Source of the DNA: a cyanobacterium endosymbiont of Braarudosphaera bigelowii
Lineage (GTDB): Bacteria; Cyanobacteriota; Cyanobacteriia; Cyanobacteriales; Microcystaceae
Direction: 5' to 3'
DNA: 32,000 nucleotides
NCBI RefSeq assembly: GCF_020885515.1
Contig: NZ_AP024987.1
Coordinates: 870,001 to 902,000, forward strand
The translations under genes and the position numbers were made by a program. The notes below the pieces were generated by a model. The model searched no databases. It was not told the DNA's origin and worked only from the letters and a program-made list of their open reading frames with translations. This document shows positions 10,795-20,271 of this stretch, one piece after another. Position 1 is the stretch's first letter; every line of letters begins with the position of its first letter.

Positions 10795-11361
10795 CTAATT
10801 AGGGTACCAAAACATTCCTTTTATTCCTTCTGGTTCAATTATAAATCCTAAACGACAGTAAAAATTTATTACTTGGGGATCAGCAAAAAGTGTAATATTA
10901 CTAATATCTTCATTCTTTAAATGTCGGATCATGTAATTTATCATTCCCTTACCTAATCCCTTACTCTGGAATCTGGGATGAATAACTACATCCCAAATAG
11001 TTGCATTGAAAGCATGGTCAGAAGTTGCGCGAGCGAATCCAATCAGACGTCGTTGGTTTTTCCTTACTTCCCATGCAGAGACTATTATAAAACTATTATT
11101 TAGGGCTCTTTTAACTTTTCGAAGAGGACGACGGCTCCACCCCACAGAATCACATAATTCTTCTAGATCGTATAAATCAATTTCTCGCTCTTTTGTAAAG
11201 AAAATACGAGATTGAAGTGTACTTTTCTTTTTCAAGCTTATTCTTTCTCTCGATGATGAAGTAGTTTTAGCCTTAATATTTGAGCTGATATTATTAAACA
11301 AGCGTCTCCAAGAAAACATTAGATGGAAAATAAAACTTTGTTTTAAATAAATATTTAACAA
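10795..11361 (-). CDS. GNAT family N-acetyltransferase, Ycf52-like
   Basis: 188 aa. [85 protein letters not shown]; resembles the plastid Ycf52/cyanobacterial family. Confidence 0.88.
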   Translation of the reverse strand: MLNIYLKQSFIFHLMFSWRRLFNNISSNIKAKTTSSSRERISLKKKSTLQSRIFFTKEREIDLYDLEELCDSVGWSRRPLRKVKRALNNSFIIVSAWEVRKNQRRLIGFARATSDHAFNATIWDVVIHPRFQSKGLGKGMINYMIRHLKNEDISNITLFADPQVINFYCRLGFIIEPEGIKGMFWYPN

Positions 11362-11691
11362 TAAGCTGATTATTAGAATAACTTTTAGATAATTAATCTA
11401 AAAATTATTGTGATAGTCTACCATAACGCCTTTATATCATAAAACTGATTATAATTAGTAAAAACAAATATCTTTTTTCAAAACTAGTGGTAAAAAACTA
11501 TAAAAATAACGATAACATTACAATTTAGATATGGAAAAATTCTTTTAATTCTAAAAATATAAAATGATTGGGATATTAATTTTAGTCTTGCAAAAGTATA
11601 CTTTTAGACACTTATTCTCTTCTAAAAGAATCACGATTAACTATGTTTTAATTTCTCTATTTTATGATAACTCTAATTTAGAGTTTTACAG

Positions 11692-11724
11692 TTACTAGGG
11701 TCTTTAATATAAAGACCCTAGTAA
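11692..11724. repeat. Perfect inverted repeat, 14-bp arms
   Basis: ttactagggtcttt-aatat-aaagaccctagtaa, between divergent genes (GNAT on -, 106-aa ORF on +). Confidence 0.85.
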
Positions 11725-11787
11725 TTTACATAAATATGATATTGTGATTAGGAATAAGTGTAACTACTGTATTCTCAAAAAATTAAT

Positions 11788-12108
11788 ATGAAACATTTCC
11801 AAGATGAATGGATTCAACAATGGTGTGAGCAAAATGGTTGGACTGATTTAACAAAAGAGAGTTATATCAGCTACTGGGCTTTCCCTCCTGGTGCAGTCAT
11901 GCCAGAACCTATCCCTTTTGACATACTACGATCTATTAAGGACAACAATGGTACTTGCGTTGAAGAAAAATTTTGGCTATCCTTTGCTATTATACTTTCA
12001 GTAGCATCTGTTTTCTTCAGTTATTGGCTCAAAAATCCTGTACCAGTTATTTTTGCTTTCGCCTTTGATGCTTTTATATCTGCTAAATTAGAATTTGAAG
12101 AAATCTAA
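11788..12108 (+). CDS. Conserved-looking small membrane protein of unknown function
   Basis: 106 aa with normal amino-acid composition; polar N-terminus (WCEQNGWTDLTKESYISYWAFPPGAVMPEPIPFDIL) and two hydrophobic C-terminal segments. Confidence 0.75.
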   Translation: MKHFQDEWIQQWCEQNGWTDLTKESYISYWAFPPGAVMPEPIPFDILRSIKDNNGTCVEEKFWLSFAIILSVASVFFSYWLKNPVPVIFAFAFDAFISAKLEFEEI

Positions 12109-12274
12109 TCAATTGTAACTTTATTAAATAAAATCTTAAAGACAACTATTTAGTTTGGTTAAATTTTGTTTTTAGTAATTTTCATACAAAATATTTTTAT
12201 AATAGTCTGGCTATCCGATGTGGTCTATTGTAAATAATAATTAAATATTCCTGAATTATCTTTTCATTTTCAAT

Positions 12275-12306
12275 AAAAACAGACAGAGTTTAATCTGTCT
12301 GTTTTT
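12275..12306. terminator. Bidirectional Rho-independent-type terminator
   Basis: Perfect aaaaacagacaga-gtttaa-tctgtctgttttt (13-bp stem, 6-nt loop) with A/T tracts at both bases, between convergent ORFs ending at 12108 (+) and 12337 (-). Confidence 0.85.
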
Positions 12307-12336
12307 AAAAACTAATTGATTTGTTTTTAAACAATC

Positions 12337-13323
12337 TTAAAAGTTCATATCAGCTGCTTGAACTCGTTCTACTTGCTTCTTCTTAATAACTAAGAGAATC
12401 TGCACTAGCATTATGCCACCCAGAAAGAGCATTAAACCTTTAATACGATTTGGATTTTGTAAAACAACTTCCGTATCTTTTTGTCCAAAGCCGCCTACAT
12501 TTGGATTATTAGTTAAAGGCTGTCCAGCTTTAACTTCATTGCCCTCGGAAACAATTAATTGAGGTCCTGCGGGTATAGTTTCCTCAACATTGCCATCAGA
12601 AGTAGTAATAGTTACATTATATCCACCACCTTCTTGATCGATAATTTGAGTTATGTTTCCTGCTTGTGAAGCTTTGAAAACATTATTATTACTTAGCTCT
12701 CCTGTTGGATATACTTGTCCACGACCACGATTAGCACCTAGATGAACTTGGTATTTACCGTAATGGATATCTTTATCAATATCAGGACTAGGAGATAATA
12801 CTGGAAAAATAATTTCCTGATATTGTTCCCCAGGAAGAGGACCTACAAGGACGACATTCTCTTGATCTTCACGATAGGATTGAAAGAAAACACTACCCAT
12901 TTCTTCTTTAAGTTCTTCAGAGATTCGTTCAGGAGGAGCAATTTTAAAGCCTTCTGGTAACATTAAAACAGCTCCTACATTTAGCCCTCCTTTAGAACCA
13001 TCCGCAAGTATCTGTTGTGAATCTAGATCATAAGGGATTTTAACGACAGCTTTAAAAACTGTATCAGGCAAAACGGAATGTGGAATTTCTACTTCAGCGG
13101 GTTTCTCTCCTAGATGGCAATTAGCACAGACAATTCGTCCTGTGGCTTCTCTGGGAGTTTCTGGAGCAGTTTCTTGGGCCCAAAAGGGATAAGCAGTTGC
13201 AGTTTGAGTAAAAACAAAACAATTACAAATCAGCAAGACAATTGTCGTCATTCCTAATAGAAATGACTTTAGTAAAGTTTGCTTACCTGTAGACCAAATT
13301 GCCGAAAAATCGGATATTCTCAT
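12337..13323 (-). CDS. petA: Apocytochrome f
   Basis: 328 aa. Signal peptide, YPFWAQ, haem motif CANCH, C-terminal TM anchor [20 protein letters not shown]. Confidence 0.98.
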   Translation of the reverse strand: MRISDFSAIWSTGKQTLLKSFLLGMTTIVLLICNCFVFTQTATAYPFWAQETAPETPREATGRIVCANCHLGEKPAEVEIPHSVLPDTVFKAVVKIPYDLDSQQILADGSKGGLNVGAVLMLPEGFKIAPPERISEELKEEMGSVFFQSYREDQENVVLVGPLPGEQYQEIIFPVLSPSPDIDKDIHYGKYQVHLGANRGRGQVYPTGELSNNNVFKASQAGNITQIIDQEGGGYNVTITTSDGNVEETIPAGPQLIVSEGNEVKAGQPLTNNPNVGGFGQKDTEVVLQNPNRIKGLMLFLGGIMLVQILLVIKKKQVERVQAADMNF

Positions 13324-13372
13324 TGCTCAGTCAAATTATATAATTCTTAAACAGTAAAATGGAAACTTAAAT

Positions 13373-13915
13373 TTAAGCCCACCATGGAGACTTGTCAGTA
13401 CGGAAATCGGTTTCTGTCCATTCAGTGAACATAACTTTATCATCTTCGTTAACATTAACATGAGCCAATGCTAAAGAAAGGGGAGCAGGACCACGAACTA
13501 CCTTGCCTTGGGCATTGTACTGAGAACCATGACAAGGACAAATGAATTTATCTTCGCCAGCATTCCAAGGAACAACACAACCTAAATGGGTACAAACAGC
13601 ATTAATACCATAGCTCGTAATCGTGTTATCTCCGTCAATAACAAGATATGTAGGATCACCTTTTAAACCTTGGCTTAAAATATGGTCACCTGTTTTATGG
13701 CTAGAAAGAAACTCAGTAGCGACGATATCGTTCCCTAAAGCATCTTTAGCGACAATACCACTACCAGTTCCTCCACTAGAAGGAGGAATAAAATATTTAA
13801 CTACAGGATATAGTGCGCCGGCAGCTACTCCTGTAATTGTTCCAAAAGTGAGTAAGTTCATAAATTGGCGACGTCCCATATCGGGGACGTCTGATGAACC
13901 AGATACTTGTGTCAT
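13373..13915 (-). CDS. petC: Cytochrome b6-f Rieske iron-sulfur protein
   Basis: 180 aa. [42 protein letters not shown]; upstream of petA in the same orientation. Confidence 0.98.
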   Translation of the reverse strand: MTQVSGSSDVPDMGRRQFMNLLTFGTITGVAAGALYPVVKYFIPPSSGGTGSGIVAKDALGNDIVATEFLSSHKTGDHILSQGLKGDPTYLVIDGDNTITSYGINAVCTHLGCVVPWNAGEDKFICPCHGSQYNAQGKVVRGPAPLSLALAHVNVNEDDKVMFTEWTETDFRTDKSPWWA

Positions 13916-14272
13916 AACGATTTATGGATGATCTAAGTTAATTTGTAGATTGAGAAATTAATCTCAATAACGCTTCAGGTAGTACTCTATAAGGAAATAT
14001 AATGGTAACCAAAATCTTCACATAAATAAATTGAAGATCTTTAGTAATTTACTAGCCCACATTAAATTATTGCAGAAATTGTTGACAATGTATAAGGTAC
14101 TTTTAAGGAAACCAAATATTTGTATAAAGATTTTTCATCTTAACTTATCCTTTTAAAACATTTTATTGAAGATTATACTCTTTCATTCAAATGGTTTAGT
14201 GCCGAATAACTGAGAAGAAACACAATTTATTTAATTATTAAAAATTAAATAAAAAATTAACTAACACCTCAC

Positions 14273-14328
14273 AATATAAAATCAATAATTTTAATTTCTT
14301 TATAAATTAAAATTATTGATTTTATATT
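14273..14328. repeat. Perfect inverted repeat, 25-bp arms
   Basis: aatataaaatcaataattttaattt-ctttat-aaattaaaattattgattttatatt, in the divergent petC/ggpS gap. Confidence 0.9.
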
Positions 14329-14653
14329 CAGTGGAAATTAACTAGATATTTAAGTACAGTATTTACAAAAATTATTTAAGACATGTAAATTATTTTTACA
14401 AAATTAAAAAAAGACTGTTCTAAATATCATTAAATTCTTAAAACATACTTTATTGCATCGGATTAATTTTTAAATATTAAATACTACAAAAAAGCTATTA
14501 AATATTTTGAATAAAAACAGGAACTTATCCAGAGTACTAGAAATATATTTTATATCGAGCCTAAAAGGTAAAATCTATTTCCAAAAACAACTTTAACATT
14601 CTAGTGTAAAGAGTATTTTGAAATTTAAAAGAATGACTAAATTTTAAGTTAGA

Positions 14654-14692
14654 TATTATCTTTTATTTTTTCTTTAAAAATAAAAGATAATA
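14654..14692. repeat. Perfect inverted repeat, 17-bp arms, just upstream of ggpS
   Basis: tattatcttttattttt-tcttt-aaaaataaaagataata, ending 32 nt before the ggpS ATG. Confidence 0.8.
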
Positions 14693-14724
14693 AAATAAAT
14701 ACTAAATTAATAAAACCTAGATTT

Positions 14725-16203
14725 ATGAAATCTTCACTTGTTATTCTATACCATCGCGAGCCTCATGATGAAGTAATTGAAAATGGTACTATACGTTATG
14801 TCCCGCAGAAAAGTCCTAATGGAATTATTCCAACTTTGAAAAGTTTTTTTGCTAATAATTTTCAAGGAACTTGGATAGCTTGGAAACAAGTTACAGAGAA
14901 ACAGAAAAATAATTTTAGTGAAAAGGTAAGTGTAGAAGATGATGGAAACTACCATGTCTTTCGTATACCTTTAAGTCCTGAACAAGTAAAAAGCTTCTAT
15001 TACATAACTTCAAAAGAAGCTTTTTGGCCTATTCTCCATTCTTTTCCCTATCACTTCACCAGTGAATCTTCAAATTGGAATAATTTTGTAGAGATTAATT
15101 GTCTTTTTGCTGAAGCTGCTTGTAGATATGCAGAAGATAATGCATTAGTTTGGGTACATGACTATAATTTATGGTTGGCTCCCTACTTTATAAGACAAAA
15201 GAAACCAAATATTCGTATTGCTTTTTTTCACCATACACCTTTTCCTCCTGTTGATATTTTCAATATTCTTCCATGGAGAGAAGCAATTATAGATAGTTTA
15301 CTTAGTTGTGACTTAGTAGGTTTTCATATTCCTCGCTATTCTGAAAACTTTATCAACGCGACTAAAAGTTTACGCTCCATTGATATTCTAGAACAACAGC
15401 AAGTTCCAAAACATTTGACTGCTATAGGAACTGCTCTAGCGCAACCAGATTTTACTACTAAAATAAAACATAATAACCAAATTATTAAAATTGATGCATT
15501 TCCTGTAGGTACTAATCCAAAAGATGTCTTACAAGTTTTACATTCCGAATATGCAATAGAAAGATTTAGGAAAATCAAGAAAAGTTTTCATGGCTGCAAA
15601 ACAATCATTGCAGCTGGAAGAGTTGATTATGTTAAAGGAAATGCACAAAAACTAGAAGCTTTTAATCGCTTATTAAAACGTCGTCCTGAGTTACATGGAA
15701 AAATCAATTTTATACTTACTTGTGTACAAGCAGCTACTGAAATAAGAATATATAAAGAAGCACAATATCAAGTCGAACAACTGGTAGGTGCAATTAATGG
15801 TCGCTATTCTAGCCTGGATTGGACACCAGTTTCATTATTTACTAAACCTGTTTCCCTACTAGATTTATTCTGTTATTACAAAGCTGCTGATATTTGCTGG
15901 ACAACACCTTTAAGAGATGGATTAAATCTTGTTGCTAAAGAGTACATTATTGCTCATGAGGGAAGAAATGGTGTGCTAATTTTATCAGAATTTGTTGGAG
16001 CAGCTATTGAATTACCTCAAGCAATTTTAGTGAACCCTTACTCAACTAAATTAATGGATGAAGCTATCGATAAAGCTTTAGATATGTCTGAAGAAGAACA
16101 AGAAGAAAAAATGACTGAAATGTATAAAACTGTCAGCACTTATGATATTAAATATTGGGCAAACCGTGTTTCACGTCATTTTAGTAACAACCTCAAATCA
16201 TAA
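14725..16203 (+). CDS. ggpS: Glucosylglycerol-phosphate synthase (GT20 family)
   Basis: 492 aa. SLVILYHREPHDE, KSPNGIIPTLKSFF, SKEAFWPILHSFPYHF, VWVHDYNLWLAPYFI, IAFFHHTPFPPVDIFNILPWREAI, AGRVDYVKG, TPLRDGLNLVAKEYI; closer to cyanobacterial GgpS than to generic OtsA by recall. Confidence 0.9.
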   Translation: MKSSLVILYHREPHDEVIENGTIRYVPQKSPNGIIPTLKSFFANNFQGTWIAWKQVTEKQKNNFSEKVSVEDDGNYHVFRIPLSPEQVKSFYYITSKEAFWPILHSFPYHFTSESSNWNNFVEINCLFAEAACRYAEDNALVWVHDYNLWLAPYFIRQKKPNIRIAFFHHTPFPPVDIFNILPWREAIIDSLLSCDLVGFHIPRYSENFINATKSLRSIDILEQQQVPKHLTAIGTALAQPDFTTKIKHNNQIIKIDAFPVGTNPKDVLQVLHSEYAIERFRKIKKSFHGCKTIIAAGRVDYVKGNAQKLEAFNRLLKRRPELHGKINFILTCVQAATEIRIYKEAQYQVEQLVGAINGRYSSLDWTPVSLFTKPVSLLDLFCYYKAADICWTTPLRDGLNLVAKEYIIAHEGRNGVLILSEFVGAAIELPQAILVNPYSTKLMDEAIDKALDMSEEEQEEKMTEMYKTVSTYDIKYWANRVSRHFSNNLKS

Positions 16204-16347
16204 ACATATATTAATGTATCGAGCATCTTATTTAATATATTAGATCTAAAATACATATTATTTTGCTAAGTTAATATCAAATTCAAAATTTATATCAACA
16301 TACATATAGTTTGAATTTTATTTTAGAGAAGATATATACTGCATATA

Positions 16348-16530
16348 ATGTCAAAATTAGTTATCATGTCTATTTTAAAATCCATTACTTATAAATCTCA
16401 TAATATAAAACTAAAAAAACAACCAATAAGGACAAAATCAGATCAAATTATCCTTTGCTTACACTGTAAAAGAACTGTTGATAATAATATTAAATGTAAA
16501 GGAATATGTGTTTCAGACAATGATTATTAG
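16348..16530 (+). CDS. Small Cys-rich protein of unknown function
   Basis: 60 aa. CLHCKRTVDNNIKCKGICVSDNDY has a CxxC...C...C arrangement typical of a small metal-binding motif; resembles short cyanobacterial hypotheticals by recall. Confidence 0.5.
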   Translation: MSKLVIMSILKSITYKSHNIKLKKQPIRTKSDQIILCLHCKRTVDNNIKCKGICVSDNDY

Positions 16531-16711
16531 ATAGTATATGTGTTTTAATTTTTTAAATAATTTAATTATAACTCTATAGATTAATAATTATTATATCTCA
16601 CGTGATATTAATAATAGTTAGTTTGGAAAATATATGAGTATAAAATTATTTATCATAAAAATAAATAAAGCTAAGTATTGATAATAAGGCGATATAACTT
16701 AAGATATAAAT

Positions 16712-16996
16712 TTATCTTTTATAAAATATGTATATCGAACTCAAGACTATGCATATAGCAATCAAAGATATGATCATATTTATAATACTATTTAGGATTG
16801 ATAAACTAATAACTAACCCTAAAAATATTGCAATTATTTTAGAAGGATTTTGAAGTCTGTTATACGATACTAATATTTTTTCTACAAATTTTTCTTTATT
16901 CTCTTTTATATCTAAAAAACGTAATTTAGTTTTTTTAGTACTTATCCTTGACTTAGACTTTTTATATAGTGTTTTCTCATCATAGTGATTTGTCAT
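16712..16996 (-). CDS. Small membrane protein of unknown function
   Basis: 94 aa. Basic N-terminus followed by two adjacent hydrophobic segments; no antisense competitor. Confidence 0.5.
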   Translation of the reverse strand: MTNHYDEKTLYKKSKSRISTKKTKLRFLDIKENKEKFVEKILVSYNRLQNPSKIIAIFLGLVISLSILNSIINMIISLIAICIVLSSIYIFYKR

Positions 16997-17345
16997 AAAG
17001 CAGTTATTCCAAATTTATCATCATATTTGTGAGGTAGCTTAGCATATTTAAAAAATTTAAATATGTATAAAAAAGTATATTTTAGTATAAATGTCATGTA
17101 TTATAGCTGTTTCTATTCTAATAATTAAAAGAAGGATTTATAATGTATGTCCTGTGTAAAATAGTATAATCTAACAATTTTAAGTATTCTTTTAAATAGC
17201 ATAAATTATTAGTAATAGTACACAGTAGAACTAAAACGTAATTAATAATATGACTTTTAGTTATCAAATTCTTCAAAATAAAAACAATTTACTTTTGTAA
17301 ATTTTTCTATTTTGTTTTTATCAATCATAAGTAACATTAACTTCT

Positions 17346-18383
17346 ATGAAATTTGATTTTCCATCTTCTAATGATATTCATAGCGCTATTAACAATTCTG
17401 ATATTTTCAATTTTAATTTGCCTAACCCAGAAAATATTGAAATAGAAGAGATAGATTTTCAGAAACAATTAAATATGGTGTGGGAAGTTTGTGATCGTTT
17501 TGATCTACAAACAGATATCTGGCGAGGCAGAATTCTAAGAGCAGCTCGTGATCGCGAAAAAAAACAAGGCAATAATCTAAAAACAGGATTTATACATTGG
17601 CTAAAGGAGCGAGAAATTTCGAAGAACCAAGCTTATAGGTTAATTCAATTAGCTGAAAGTGCTGATAAACTTTTCGAAGAGGGAGATCTATGTATTGATT
17701 CTATTAATAATTTTAGCAAGCGTGCTTTTATAGAAACAGCAAAATCAGAGCCAGAAGTACAAAAGATAATTAGTGAAGCAGCAAAAAACGGAGATCATAT
17801 TACTTGTAGAGAGGTTAAACAATTATCAGATGAGTGGAGTACTATGAGTTCTGACGTATTACCTACTAAAATTAAAGACAAAATTGAGCAAGGAATATTA
17901 ATGTCTCATCATGTAGCTCCATTGGTTCAAGCAATGAAGAGTTTACCTGATTGTCATCTAAAAAGTATTCAAAAAGAAGTTTTTAAGAATTCTGAAATAG
18001 ATAATATTAAGCTATTAACTAAAGATTCAAAAAATTTAGCTAAATGTTTAGATGCCGCTGCACAGTTGCAAACTTTAAAAAATGAGAAAATTCATCTAGA
18101 TATAGAAATGGTATTAGAAGAATCGATAAGATTAGATTGCTTAAACACTACCGTAAATTTGATTCAACAAGCTTCTCAACTGGAACAAATAGTAGTGAAA
18201 TTTTATATAGCTTGGAAACGTCTAAAAAATATTTCGGATAAACTATATATTAACACTGGAGAAAGTAGCCCTAATCTAAGGTCAATGTTAACATCTTTAG
18301 AATCATTAAGCGAAGAAGTCGTTGAAGTACCACTTGATGAGTTAAGAGAGAAGGTTGTCAAGTTGAGGATTTTTCCCGAATAG
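17346..18383 (+). CDS. Uncharacterised 345-aa protein, possible HTH/DNA-binding N-terminal region
   Basis: Long ORF with no overlapping competitor. GFIHWLKEREISKNQAYRLIQLAESADKLFEEG and HITCREVKQLSDEW resemble helix-turn-helix/ParB-like segments; helical C-terminal half. Confidence 0.8.
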   Translation: MKFDFPSSNDIHSAINNSDIFNFNLPNPENIEIEEIDFQKQLNMVWEVCDRFDLQTDIWRGRILRAARDREKKQGNNLKTGFIHWLKEREISKNQAYRLIQLAESADKLFEEGDLCIDSINNFSKRAFIETAKSEPEVQKIISEAAKNGDHITCREVKQLSDEWSTMSSDVLPTKIKDKIEQGILMSHHVAPLVQAMKSLPDCHLKSIQKEVFKNSEIDNIKLLTKDSKNLAKCLDAAAQLQTLKNEKIHLDIEMVLEESIRLDCLNTTVNLIQQASQLEQIVVKFYIAWKRLKNISDKLYINTGESSPNLRSMLTSLESLSEEVVEVPLDELREKVVKLRIFPE

Positions 18384-18492
18384 ATAGTATTCAGTTCATA
18401 ATTGATTATATTTAGAAATTATGATATGAAAAATTATTGGATGAATAAGTATAGACTTCTATAAGCAAGGTATATTTGACATAAAAATTAAG

Positions 18493-18539
18493 TAAACTAT
18501 GACATTTCTTACTATATGAGTAAAAAATATCATAGTTTA
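18493..18539. terminator. Candidate hairpin between convergent transcripts (345-aa gene and tRNA-Phe)
   Basis: taaactatga ... tcatagttta, 10-bp outer stem, 5 nt past the tRNA-Phe 3' end. Confidence 0.45.
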
Positions 18540-18543
18540 TTTA

Positions 18544-18616
18544 TGCCAGGAGGCGGGCTTGAACCGCCGACACGAGGATTTTCAGTCCACTGCTCTACCA
18601 ACTGAGCTATCCCGGC
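18544..18616 (-). tRNA. tRNA-Phe (anticodon GAA)
   Basis: Reverse complement GCCGGGATAGCTCAGTTGGTAGAGCAGTGGACTGAAAATCCTCGTGTCGGCGGTTCAAGCCCGCCTCCTGGCA folds as a cloverleaf. 3' CCA not encoded. Confidence 0.97.
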
Positions 18617-19053
18617 ATGAACTTTGTTTCGGTACCGTATATAACTATAACAAACTTTTTTTTTTGTTGCAATGGTATTTACAATTTTTTATATATAAAC
18701 GTAAAAAAAAGAACTCCAGATAAAAGTTCATCGTATTTACCTAGAAATTGGTTCAAATAAATATTAATTATTTCTTTAAAAAAATATAAAAATATGAGAT
18801 TATCATCAATGATAGAAATTTTTTAAATATATTACTACTTATGTCAAATGAACTTTTATCATAAATATTTAAAAATATTAAATATCAATTTAAAATGATA
18901 TCAATAATTTATGGACAAAATACAAAATAGAAATTATGCTTGCTATACTTGATAAGTATATCATTTTCTATGATAAATTTCTCTAATTACAAAAAACCGT
19001 TTCTTAATGTAAATTTAGAGATAAAACTAAAGTTATTTTATTAAATTAGTATT

Positions 19054-19398
19054 ATGAATGGAGACAAAGTTAACACAGAGAATAATGACTGGATTAGACA
19101 ATTAGTACTTATGGGTATCGGTACAACTTCAATGGCTGCTGAAAAATTAAAGGAAGCTAGTGAAGAATGGGTAAAAGAGGGCAAAATTAATCCTGATCAA
19201 GCTCAAGGTTTTGTTGATGAACTACTAGGCCAAATTAAAGTCGGACAAAATAGTTTTGAAATAAATATAGAGCGCGAAATTCGTAATATTCTACGAGATT
19301 TAGGTGTTCCAAGACAATCAGAAATAGACGAATTAAGAGGAAGGATTGATCGTTTAGAGCATCAAGTCAGAGATCTCGAGAATAAGTCCTGGAACTAA
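19054..19398 (+). CDS. Phasin-like helical protein (PHA granule-associated-like family)
   Basis: 114 aa. WIRQLVLMGIGTTSMAAEKLKEASEEWVKEGKINPDQAQGFVDELL... then EIDELRGRIDRLEHQVRDLE coiled coil. Confidence 0.7.
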   Translation: MNGDKVNTENNDWIRQLVLMGIGTTSMAAEKLKEASEEWVKEGKINPDQAQGFVDELLGQIKVGQNSFEINIEREIRNILRDLGVPRQSEIDELRGRIDRLEHQVRDLENKSWN

Positions 19399-19580
19399 CA
19401 AGATTCAATTTAGAAAAAAAATTATGCGAAAAATCTTCATTAATTTTAATATTATCAAGGTTTGAAGTTTATTATTAATAATCTCAACTTTGACAATCGA
19501 AATATTTATGAATCTAGTCTCTTTCTAAAAAGTAAATATACTTACACTTTATTTAATATTGTTAACAAAAAATTAAAAAT

Positions 19581-19934
19581 ATGAATTTAGAAAAAACTAT
19601 TACTACTACTTCAGGACTAAAGTATGTCGACACTCAAGAAGGTAGTGGAGTTTATCCTAAGACTGGGCAATTTGTTTCTGTTCATTATATAGGTACTCTC
19701 GAAAATGGTAAAAAATTTGATAGTTCTTATGACCGCAATCAACCTTTTTCTTTCAAGATAGGTATTGGACAAGTAATTAAAGGTTGGGAGGAGGGAGTCT
19801 CTTCTATGAAAGTTGGAGGTCAAAGAAAATTAATCATTCCACCTGCTTTAGGATATGGTTCAAGAGGAGCAGGTAGTGTTATTCCTCCCAATGCTGTATT
19901 GGTTTTTGACATTGAGTTACTAGATATCGAATAA
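19581..19934 (+). CDS. FKBP-type peptidyl-prolyl cis-trans isomerase
   Basis: 117 aa. VHYIGTLENGKKFDSSYDRNQPFSFKIGIGQVIKGWEEGVSSMKVGGQRKLIIPPALGYGSRGAGSVIPPNAVLVFDIELL. Confidence 0.96.
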   Translation: MNLEKTITTTSGLKYVDTQEGSGVYPKTGQFVSVHYIGTLENGKKFDSSYDRNQPFSFKIGIGQVIKGWEEGVSSMKVGGQRKLIIPPALGYGSRGAGSVIPPNAVLVFDIELLDIE

Positions 19935-20015
19935 TCTTAAAAATATTTAATCAAGATTCGAATAAGTATTAACTATTGCTTATTCGAATCTTGATTAAAT
20001 ATTTTTAAGATTATT
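19930..20015. repeat. Very long perfect inverted repeat (37-bp arms, 12-nt loop)
   Basis: aataatcttaaaaatatttaatcaagattcgaataag - tattaactattg - cttattcgaatcttgattaaatatttttaagattatt. Left arm overlaps the FKBP stop codon (19932..19934). Confidence 0.95.
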
Positions 20016-20271
20016 TATGACTTTGAAATTCATTTAAGATTACTTTCAAAGCGATAAATTAATCATTCTATAGTAGGAAACAGAGTGATAATTCTTTACT
20101 AAAAATCATAAATTAGGCTAAAATAACTTAGCTTATAATCATATGAATGATATCGACCACCTTAAAAGATGTAATTGTAAGATAACTTGTTCTAGTTTTA
20201 GTCTTGACTGATACTGAAAAAACATAACTAAATTCTTACCATATACTCCTATCCAATATACGGGTAAAATT

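Noticed and set aside
11006-11215. 69-aa + strand ORF
   Set aside because: Antisense to the conserved GNAT gene.
13623-13931. 102-aa + strand ORF
   Set aside because: Antisense to petC, whose Rieske motifs fix the coding strand.
14249-14275. Possible Yfr1-like small RNA (ctaacacctcacaata)
   Set aside because: Resembles but does not match the conserved Yfr1 core ACTCCTCACAC, and no flanking stem pair was evident.
14746-15578. - strand ORFs of 69 aa (14746..14955) and 80 aa (15336..15578)
   Set aside because: Both lie antisense within ggpS.
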